This document shows, piece after piece, positions 15,101-27,100 of a stretch of 64,000 nucleotides of DNA. The notes under the pieces are model-generated. The model searched no databases. It saw only the letters and a program-made list of their open reading frames with translations, and had not been told where the DNA came from. Numbering within the stretch: the first letter of the stretch is position 1; the number at the start of each line of letters is the position of its first letter. The stretch is from Bugula neritina (Eukaryota; Animalia; Bryozoa), in the NCBI GenBank assembly GCA_964035545.1, contig OZ037765.1:27217504-27281503 (forward strand), given 5' to 3'. The position numbers and the translations under genes were made by a program.

Positions 15101-18100
15101 TGTGCAACCTACAATTGCAAGAAAATTCTCTTCAAAACAACTAAACAAAACATTCTCTTTTACATTCTGCATGTCTGATAACTATTTTATGTAGAGTAGA
15201 AGTGCGAGGGTTGGGATACATTATACACCACAACTAGTTCATACACTCTAGTGAACAAGTTACATATTTTACCAGCAGAAAATTTAACAACAAATTAAAC
15301 ATGCAAGTACAGGAAAAAAATTCTGCTTTATAATACCTTTACGCAAAAGCCAAAATAATTTCTGACACTAGTATTTGGTACAGCCACCCTTAGATAAAAT
15401 AAGTGGAATGAGTAAACAGGCAAAAAAATACAAAGCATTACAACGCAGAGAAATGCTCAATAAAACTTTTACCAGTTTCATGGTTCTCTTCGTAGACCAA
15501 CAATAAGCACCAGCACCTTTGTGTAATCTCAAAAATAACTAAACCAGTATGTTGGCTAAAATAATGTATAGAAATAAATAATCTCCCATGAGATGTAGGT
15601 GTTATCCATATAATACTGCCACAACTGAAAGTGAAACCGATGTGCACATCAATACACAGTCACCTTCTTCATCCGACCCATCATAGCAGTCCAAGACACC
15701 ATCACAGAGTCTGAAGTTGGGTACGCAAGTGTCATCGGGGCACTTGAAGGCTGTCGGCTGACACTCAGTGCAAGTGTACTGTTCTGTAGCATATTCTGGG
15801 CAGTCACTTATACCATCACATCTCGACTCCAGCCCGTAGCACCTGCCTAGAAAATATATCAGTCATTGAAATATTCTAATAATAATAAATGGAGTCATAT
15901 ATCCCAGCATGCTATACAACACTTGCACATTAGTGTCATCCAAAACAATTGAGAATCATAATATATATACACAAAAAATTAATATTAGAAATTGACAGAA
16001 AACAATAGAAAAAGCCAAAGTACAAAAATTTAAAATGTTCACTCATAAATAAAATGGGTAAAAGTTATTGCAATGCTTTTAAGTACAGGCGAATTTCACA
16101 GTTAATTTACCACTTTGAGGGCATTTGAACTGAGGGCAGGAAGGATTAACAGCAGACGAACAGTGAGTTTCGTCTTCACCATCATCACAATCAAACGTTC
16201 CGTCACAGAGTTGTGAAGGGCGAATGCAATGAATAACGGTGCTTCCATTACACTTTACATCAGTAGTAGCGCAGCCAGGCTCTGCAACATGTCATTGACT
16301 ATTGAAAGAATGAGCCATACTAAAGACTGCAACTAAACCCCTAATATCAAGCTAATAACATTTATTAACGTACATTTAAAAAACAAAATCATGTGATAGC
16401 AGTTCAAACAAAAAACTCTTCAATTTATTCAGAAAGCATGCTACATAATTGAAACGGGATATACTTGAGTAATTGGGGAGACAACCTATGAAATCAAACA
16501 AGTATATAATTATTATACAAATTTAAACTAAAAGCTCTACAATAACATTAGTGAAGAGCGTGTCATCACTACCAACATTGTGGCAGTTAGGTTAACATAC
16601 CTTTCAAAGGACAATATGTACTAAAATGTTCGTCCTCTCCATTGGGACAGTCCTCTACATCATCGCACAGTTGAGATTGATCTATACACTGGCCAATATC
16701 CCCCGGACACACGTTCTGATTACCAACTACATTATAACATGTAGCACTGTATTTCTTACACATCTACTTTGCTGACATAAAAATATTGTTGGCAGCATTG
16801 TGACAGCAAATAATTGCAATGAAAGAATTATCGATATAATCATTTTAAAACTTCAATGTAAGAATAGACATCTTCAGCAAAGTCAGTTTAATTTCATCTT
16901 TAGAGTTGTGGTATAGATAAAAGGTTTCTAAATGTATATACATGCATGTGTGTAGATACAGGATAAAAAGCTGTAAGACTGACTAATGTTTCTATCTATG
17001 AGAGGACTACTGAAAGCCACAAAAACTGCTGGCAAAGCACAATTTAATTCTGGACACTTTTAGTAATTTTCATAATCTACTGGTGTTTTCAACAGACAGG
17101 TAGCAAAAACAGACATAATTAATTACTGTAAGTATGACAAATTACTTTGGTGCACAAAAAAATTGTATAAACTATACGATTTCGAAATGTTCTTTATAGG
17201 TGGAAAATATCGATACAAAAATATATCATCAATATTTTTATGCTCTTTGCTAATTTCAGAAAGATAACTCTTCACACCTTTGCATCATTTTTACATCTAT
17301 TCAAATTATGAGCTTCTAGCAAACATTACAGTGGAGCAAATGTTCATGGTATAACAGTGGATAAAGAAGAATTAAGTCTACAGAGGCTGCACAAAAAAGA
17401 TAAAAAATTTTATAGTTATGATGGAAGTAAGGAGAGCAGGCGCACACACGCACGCAATCATACACACACACACACATGCACACGAATGCCCACATGCGAA
17501 GTATAGTAGTTAGTCTACTTGTATCATAAAAGCCGCCTTACCACAGCCAGTATCAGAAGTGAATTTGCAGTGGGAATCAGAAGAATCGGAAGTGGTGCAC
17601 TGGCAAGAGAAGTTGCCAGAAGTTAGAAGAAGGCAGAGACCGCTACAGTTACTGCACTCCTCGGGCACATCAAACAAGTCAATGCTTGGCCTGATGTACC
17701 ACACAGTACTGTAAATACACGAACACACCAATTTATAATGTTTAGCCAATACAGCAATTCGTTTTCAACCATACCACATAAATCTGAACTGCATACACTC
17801 CACATACTGATATTTTTACCACCAATCACGAGGCAGTGCAAAAAAAGATCTCAAACGAGGTTGGGTTAACTAATTTATTTACTAATCCATCTGTTGACAT
17901 TGCAGTGCCTTGAAAGTGCTGCAAATAATGATGCAAGTAAGTACTTTTGATACAATTATAAGCTACCTGAGAGAGATATTTTGACAGACAATATTTGAGG
18001 TGGGATCCGAGACATTGGCAACGCCGTACTCTTTAGCTGAAGTAACAAAGTGTAGAACACCATTGTCTCCTACTGTCAGAGAAAGGAGTGCATCCTTCAG

Positions 18101-21100
18101 ATATACTGGCTCTTCCAGAGATTCTATTGTCTAAACAGAGCAAACGCAACAACAATTGAACATGTTCAGCTTACCTAAAAATGCATGTAACTAACAAACA
18201 GGATCTCCGAGAGCAAATGACCTAACTTCACATCTTTAACTATATTTAGATTAGCTTAGCTGTTGAATAGCAAATAAAATTTAATGCAAAATATTTTTCC
18301 AGTGACACCTAAAGAGAAAACTGCCAAAATTTCAAATAACAAGAAATTAGTCTTACAGCTTCCGGTGCTAAATATTGATATCCAGTTCCGGGTTTCCAGT
18401 TGTAGACAACTCCCGTTGTTGGATCAACAGAACGCGCGTGAAGCATAGAGATCCCATGAGCTACTGGCACACCATCTCTTTTGGCAACTACTCTCAATTC
18501 ATAGCTGAAATGCAAGTAAGAAATACTACTATATTACATATTATATAAAACTGCACATAGGAGTTTGAGATATTGAACTTAAATAACAAATCTACAAAAT
18601 AAGTCTTAAATTGAAAGTTTCACAGGCACATATCATAATACAACAGTTGTTTAAGCTCCTCACACTTATTGTAACTATATAAATACTGTGTTTTATATGA
18701 TAATTGATTCAAATTCAAAAGTATCTGATCCACATCTTCATTAATGCCTACAATTTATTACAACTTACAACTATACAAATTAGTCACAACACAACAAATC
18801 ATTAAGATTGCACATACACATGAAACTGTAAGACAATACTAAGTTACAGTAGCAATAGAGGCTAAATAAATAACTAACAACTAAAACACATTTTATTCCT
18901 AACACGGAATTCACACTTATGACAAATGAAAAATGTGAAACATGCAAAATAAATCACGCATGTAGAGCATAAACAAACAAGTGATGTCTCACTTAGACCC
19001 CATAAGCTCTGAGCTGAAGTATTGCTGGCCGGCCACGAGTGAAGATTCGTATTTAGCTTGTATGGATGGACGGTCAAGAGAGCTAGCCAGTATATGGAAA
19101 TCAATGAGGGAATACTCTGCATAGTAGATCATTCGAAGGCTGGGGTTTATAGCGATACCATAAATTTTGTGACCAACTGTTGCTCTCCAGTCTAAAATTA
19201 CACAACAGTCTTACTTGTAATATAAACTTTTGAATTAAAATCAGCAAAATTATAAGCAAATTGTGTTATGTGTGCCTATTATATAATAATATATTAATTC
19301 CTTATTATCATACTACAAAAGCATAGCATGATTGATTATTGATTATTAATTATTTACCAGTGTCTTCACTCCGATTATATATCCCCTGCAAAGGTGCCTT
19401 TCTAATCACCGTGTCATCAGAATAATATAAATAACCAAATTTCACATCATATCCCAGGTGGACATCTAGTTCAGGGGAACCACCCAGAAGAGGAATTGGG
19501 TTAATTGGAATTGTCCCTAGCCCGGTGTATGGGCAGCTGATTGAGTCACTAACAGTCATTCCAAGTATAAGCTGCTTGCTCTTTGATGTGTATAGTAAGA
19601 TACTTCCTTTAAAATCTTTAAAGTCGTTGAAGAGAACTAAAATATAACCACACTACTTTCACAAAAAACATCCAAAAATGCTGGCTTAGCATTTCAAGAT
19701 TGCTAGATTTCTTCCAGCAAAGCAAGTCAAGCTGGAACTTTTTTGTTGCATAAGAAATGCTGTGTTGCCATCAATAGTAAATTAATCAATATAACTACAA
19801 TGTAAACTAGTTCAAATATAGGCGCAACTAATATTCCATTGATATATGATACAAACTTTGGGAGCAGTTTTTGCTGTCAGGATCCATTCTAAACCCCTCC
19901 ATGCATGTTGGTGTTCCTTGCAGCACAAGATGACCATGCTGGGAGTCCGCAGTTAGTGGTGTTCCTAAATAACACAGAGAAACGCATGAGTAATGAAATG
20001 TAATTATTTCATGCAAGTCACAACTTTGAGAACAAAACACAATATAGTCATATAACAAACTAATAATTCTAATTTGAGTTTTTTTTAAGAAGCAACACAG
20101 AGATAATTTAAATAAATAGCAACAAATCTAAGTCATAATGAAAGTCAAAACATTGTTATATACACTGAATGACTGTGTGCCAGTTGATTTCAGTGGCAAC
20201 ACAAGATGGAAACAGCATCCCTTATATTAGCTTCTTCTTAGCCCTCAAATAAAATACTATTAATCAATGTAGGCTTATGATAATACAATCCTCATGATAC
20301 AGGTTTTATTAGAATTGAATTGATATAATTTCATACTGCAAAGTAAGTATGTTTGGTGAAGATCACGAGTTACATGCTTCAGTATAGCTGGTAAAGACTT
20401 GAAGCATTGGGTCAGACTAAACTGTTCATTACACTTATAATTTGCTGAATAATTAGTACTAATGTCTTCTTCAGTGTTGAGTGTTGAGAGCATATTATAG
20501 GGCAGAGTAATAACATACCTGGTGTCACTAATGACTTATGGTACAGAAATACACTCTTCAACCGTCCTGGACCTCTGGCTAAAACTACAGGTTTCTGTTC
20601 TTGGAAGGGATTTGTTGTGAGATTGTGATACAAAACTGACGTGTTGCTATTTTTCATGTACTCCGAAATATATAACTTCCGTCCTATGGCAGCCATAGAT
20701 GTGATTTCACCAACAATCTATCAATATGCAAAAGTATATCAACATTCATTAACAATATTCACAAATTGACTAACCTACACACTATATATATCAACTAATA
20801 ATTGTAAAAACATGCAGAAAGATGAAACATGGCAGCTTCAGTCTTCACCATTTCAATACCTACTTTAGATAGAGAGAACAACTTCTGGGGCCGAGTTCTG
20901 CTGTCGAAATGCTGGTAATCAATTCTGTAGATTGAGTTGTCATGAGAGGAAATGTAATGAAGGTAATGATTCTCGTAGTCCAGAGTCAGCTTGGTGGGCA
21001 GCCCTGGCAGCTCAAGGCGGAGAAGTTTACTCCCATCTAGGCGCATTCGACATATAGACAAATCATCAGCAACTATTATATACCTGCAAAGAATAAAGTA

Positions 21101-24100
21101 CAAATTCTTCAGCATATCTATGCCTGTTAAAATCATTCAAAGTGCCCAAAAATGAACATAAAATCACACATCTGTAGAGAGAATGAGAAACATTTCTGTA
21201 GGATTCCTTGATATATAGAACATAGTTTAGCAAAATTGAAACAAGTTAACCTATTTTATATTATTATTTGTGTTTTACTATTTGTGTACGTTTGTGATAA
21301 CATACTTGAGTCTAGCATCTATAACAATCTCTGCAGGATTGATAAGATCAGGAGAAGTCTCTAACATTCTACAATACTCCCCATTAGAATTACAAGCCAC
21401 CAACTTGGGCTCCGTCTTACTAAGATAGTAGACGACTCCAATAGGCCAATCCATTGCAAAGTCCACAAGACCTGCAGTAAATAAAAGCATGTAAAACAGT
21501 GGGTAGTAGAAATCCTTTTATACGTCTGCTAACTTGAATATGTTTACCTACCTTTAAGACCTGGCCACACACTCGTGAGTATCACACGAAATCGTCTATT
21601 TGACACGAAAAAACAAATGTACGATAAAATTTGAGGGAATTCAAACGAAATCGTCTTCATTGGGTGCACCCAAAGATAAGCACCATTTGATTGGTCAATA
21701 GAACTTTAGCAACAGTAATTATTTCATTTCTACCACGTTTCTCTGTTTAGCAATTTTCTGCTGTTTGTATCTCGTGCAAGACTCATTCACCAACTATTCA
21801 TTATGTGTTTCGTCCGACGAGTGTGTGGCTGGTCATAACGAAAAGTTAACTCACAAAAATCGTTATTTTCACGACCGTGAGGCCAAGCCTTTACGTAATA
21901 TTCTTAAATTCCAATCATTGCCTTATTCAGTTCGAAATTGAGTTATTCCTATCAGACTTGCAGAAAGCTTGCAGCAAGGCAGTGGAAAGTATTTGGTATT
22001 ACCGAATAGAGAGTTACTATAGAAGGTTCTGAAAATTACCAGGAGAGTTGTAGATAATTGGTTGGCTGCCCTCCATCTGTCCATTGTCTTTATAATGAGT
22101 CAACTCAAATTTATTTTGATTTAAAGTCACCTACAAAGAAAAAAGTTATAAAAACATGATATTCGTAGCAAGCAAAATTGCCAGACAGTAATTACAAATT
22201 GCATATTTATAAAAACCACTTTCATACATAAATTAGCTAATATGACAAAGAAAAACATTTTAGTAATGTGAAATTGAAAATACTGTTATTGGACCATGCA
22301 ATTTTTTCAAAGTATTCATAAGTTGGCTCTTAGTGCCTACAGTTTACTTTTTAGAAAATATTTTTTGGTGAAAGCTTAGTTTAGAGACAAAATATTTTGG
22401 GGGGGGGGGGGTGTGTTGTGTCAACTTTCTTTAGTATTTCATGCATTATTCTTATGACAAGGAACAAATAAAATCTTGTCAAGTTTTGAAACAAGACGCT
22501 AGTCTGCTAGTAGGTTTATTGCAAAGCAAATACTGTGATGGAAAATTTGAATGTTATGAAAACAACTTGAGAGTGAAATGTAAATACATCAGCATTATTA
22601 TTGAAAATCATATAACAATGAATGAAATAGGAGTAGAAATAAATTTGATGAGCTATTTCCATGAAAACAGAATAAGTAAATAAAAGTGATTTGATATAAT
22701 TTAATTACATTCTCAATATAAAAAGGGAAAAGGCTGCAAAGTAACAATGTTAAAAAATAAAAACTAACGACTATTTTTTTAACTATCAATTACTAACAGA
22801 CTGAAATATTGTCAATGGAAGACAACTCCACTTACTGGACCATTCGGTAACCAATTTGCACTTTGGTATTGTAGCAACACCCCAGATTTTAAGCTTAAAA
22901 CCCCAGTAAAGCAATGGAATTAGACTCAATTATTACAGTAGTAATGTGTTTACAGTTTATGGTATCCACCACCAAAGCAGCAACATAACGTTTTATAGAA
23001 TAATCTTATTTACTAGTGTTAGCTGTTGATTGTGCAGATGAAGCTTATGGCCTAAGTTGCCCACATAAGGCATTGAATATTGCTTATTTTATGAAAACTT
23101 TAGGGCATTAGTAAAGTATTTCTTTTCAAATCAAAATAATGCAATTTGTAGCTGATCTAGCATAAATATATTCAAGCATATTAGCCCTAACTATTGCTTA
23201 AATTATTTGGGGGATGAATTTTAGCTAATATTTCACATCCTGGGTGTTTTTATGCACCCGGGCAAGTTTTCTTAGCATTTTCAAGGAATATATTTTGCAT
23301 TTTGAAATGGAAGAAATCAAACTTAAACACTAATTAGCTATTCATGTGACCAATTGACTACTTAAAACTACGGTCATATTCCAAATCTAATTTAGTGATC
23401 AATATTGCAACAGACTCCTAGACAAGCCTCAATGCATTCTTTTCACATCCTATTACATACTATATTACTCTGCAGACAAACTGCAATATACTTCTGCCTA
23501 TACTGCTGCCAGCGTCAGCAGAGTTTAAGCAGTCAATACTGGAAGCAGAAAACTTACCGAAAAGATTTGCTGAATTTTATGAACAGATGAGCGTATAAGC
23601 ACCCTATTTATAGCAGTGTCACTATTCAAGGTTACAAAGTTATTACTGGGCAGCTGCCATTCTGATGAAGAAACTCCATTCAGTATTATAGAAACTTCAC
23701 CATACCCTCCATCTACAGAATATAATATAATTGGTTATTCTCATATACTAAGAGAATGTTTCTGTCTGTAGATAAGCAGTAAATTAATTATTTGTGTCAT
23801 AGAATCATTATATTATAATATTATGTTACAGAATACATATTGCCTGTGGGATAAAGGTACTTAAATTTGATACAACTAAACTAATAAATTCTAACTGATT
23901 TTTAGCACAGCTTCAACTGCCCTTTAACAAGAATGGCTCAATAAGCAGCTCCAGGTTGGGGGTGACTAAGCGTAACAGTTTAGAGTTCCAGAGTTTGGAG
24001 TTGGGGGGGGGTTATAGAACCATTCCTTAAATAAGGAACTAAAGTGGTTGGGTTCTTAGACACTGATGTTAGTCCATTACCAAAACAACTGTGAGAAGTT

Positions 24101-27100
24101 ATGTGGACATTTCGAACAGGGAAACTTTATTTTCTCACTTAGAAAGCTAATGTTGAACTGCTAATGTTGATATAGCTGTTGTCAGCTTTAGTGATTCATA
24201 CAATATTTTAGACTTTAGAGCATGCCTAGGCAAAAAACTCAACATATTTGCACTCGGGAGAATTAAATTACTTGTAACACAGTATTGTTATTTTCACAAG
24301 TACATAACGTATTACACGCCCTATCAGACTGGCTGTACTGACATTCAGTAAAAGTGCAGAGCAATAATAAAGACTGCACTCTAATGCAAGGCTTTCTGAG
24401 AGTTCTAAAGTTCATACTCTTCCTGGAAAAACCTTAGCCTACAGTTGGGCCTGAAACTGTACTGATTAGTATTTAGTATAGTAAGCTGTTCATAAACTCC
24501 TCATCTAGTCTTTGACAATGGTTTAATGATAGAGCAAATAAGGGCCTCACTACACACAGGTAATTTATGCCAAATTGTGTTCACCATGTTATACATATAA
24601 ATCATACTTAAAACTATTATCAACCTATTACTAAAGGCTCAGTCTAGCCATGTTATACGATATATTATAAATTCTTAAAAAATTAGGGTATACAATTTTT
24701 ATCATCAAGTACTATTAATCATTAGATAGATAAATGTGGTCTACCTGCAAACACAACCTGTGATTCATACTGCTATATTAATATGTAAAAGCTCTTACTG
24801 AAAATATATATGGTTAAACCTGGAATAGACTGAGTACCAACATATCAAGACGTAAGATGGAGCATCTTTTACCTGGTACACAGGCTCCGTAGTCTCCATA
24901 TTTTCCAGTCTGGTTTTGCAGAGTGAATCCTTCTCCACACGAACAGATTGCATCTCCTGTGCACTGCTGATCACAATACCTGTCTTTGTATGCTCCCTCA
25001 CATTTCACTAAATCTGTAAAGAAAACCAAAACAATATCAGCCTTACACACAATTATATGGGTGATTAATTGCAGACAAAAAGTTTCAGGTCTTCTGTCAC
25101 CAGCATATTTTTGTGTCATTAGATAGCCTGAGGTCTTAAGAATTCAACCAACAAAACATTTTCTAAAACATAAAAAGGAAAAACGTAGGAAAAAAAGCAT
25201 TGATGTATCATCTAACCTTGCATGATAGATAATTTTGCCCTATTTTCCAATGCATTTATTATTATGCTACATTAACTGAATCCCAAGCTGTTTAGTAATA
25301 TAAAAAGTGTAAGGTGGCAGAACACCTCTAAGTACTAATCCAATACTTCTTCATAAATAACTTGAGATTTATATTTTACATCATATTTAAGCCAGTTGCA
25401 ACGATGTTTTTGCAGAAAAAAAAACTTGGAGTCAACTAAAGTTTAACAATTTAATCAACTCCAACATCTCTCCATTTGGTAAGCAGCTGATAAGGCAGCT
25501 TATTTCAAACTGCCACAACACTAGTACATTATGTACAATATATGAAACACAACATAAACAGTCAACTTTATTATTCTGTGAAATTTTCAACAACTACCCA
25601 ATGCATAACATAAACAGATAAAAGAAAACAGTAAACATTGGAACACCAACTATCTCCTGACCGAACCAACAAAAATATAATGCTTATCATGACACTCAGG
25701 TGTAAAAACATTGTGGGTAGCAACTAGCAGCTAGTACTAACTCTGACGAAATAGCATAGAAGAAATAAGGTAGTCGTGTTCTTCAGTCCAGGAACTGTTT
25801 GTCACAACTTAAATTGCAAAAAACAGCATAAAATTTAGTTAGCATATCCTGACTAACCACACTGCTTGCACCAAATGTAAAGTCATCGTGATGTCTACAG
25901 ACTACACCAGAACTAGGTAGCAAGCCCTTACAGTTTGGCTTCTTCAGCATAAAATTGACCACAAATATAGATATTTCTGTGAACTAATAGTGGAAGTTGG
26001 TTATACCATAAATAGATTACACTCTGTACTGCATATAGACTGCAGTAATAATGGTATCTTTACACCACAACCAGATTCTCAACAGTTTGAAATGCTGACA
26101 ACCTGGTATATATAGACTAAGTCATTACAGCTCTAGAGTAAATTAAGTAAATAGTATTACATAAGACTTTTAAAGAAATCAACTACTGGTAAGAGAAGTT
26201 TAGATAGCCCCCCCCCCCCCACTGACATTTAATAATGTCCTCTTGTCCTCGATTGGTAAGCAAATAATTCCACACCTAGTAAAAAACTTGATGGTCTTAG
26301 ACTGGAACTATGGGCTTTGTTTCATGGTTGGACAAGTTCTCAGGCTACAAAGTTTCACTAGAACTACACTGTTGGGAAAACTGCACCTACCGCTTTTATA
26401 CAGCTTGTTATACTAACCTAATCTACTCACCAGCAACACAAAATGTATGAGCAAGTAACCAATACACTACACATTTTACAAAGCAGGGAGCATGGAAACA
26501 ATTTAGGGAAGGAAAGCAGAAAAGGGGGAGAGAGGCGGAGGGAGAGAGAGGAGAAGGGGGGAGGAGAAATACCAGAGCACTTTTGGGAACCTAAATATAA
26601 AAGATTGTCTGTTAAAGCATTGGACAAACCTGCACAGGTCCCATTAGCCAACTGCAGTTTGCCGGCAGGACAGTAACACTTGGTAGCCGAACCATCTGTG
26701 TAGGAGAGTAGCTTGAGACACAGGTGATCACCTTGGCATGTATCCTTAGGGCAGTTGCCTGTAAAGTCATGACAAATTATATAGAAGTTCCAATTGTAAT
26801 AAATCATCAGATAATAAGTTGTTAGATTAAGCAAATAACACTCTCTCTTTATCTCTGGGATCTACAGCTATACATGACTTGAGAACTGCAGTAACTGCCA
26901 CTTCATCAACTAGTGTGAACAGACTGTTGTGTGGATTCTAGTGCGAAAACTTGCATTAATATGTTGGTAATTCACTGAGCAGAGTATAGTAATCACTAAC
27001 TAGTGCAAACATTCCAAGGAAACAGCTTAATTTTGAAGTTATGGGTGTTTGTAATGCCAGGGGAGATGTTGGACTATTTCAACTGTAGCCTAGACTGGCA

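Noticed and set aside
22836-22920. Possible extra LRP1 exon ending in a GTAAGT donor
   Set aside because: The flanking exons already join in frame (phase 0), and there is no convincing acceptor or recognisable peptide.
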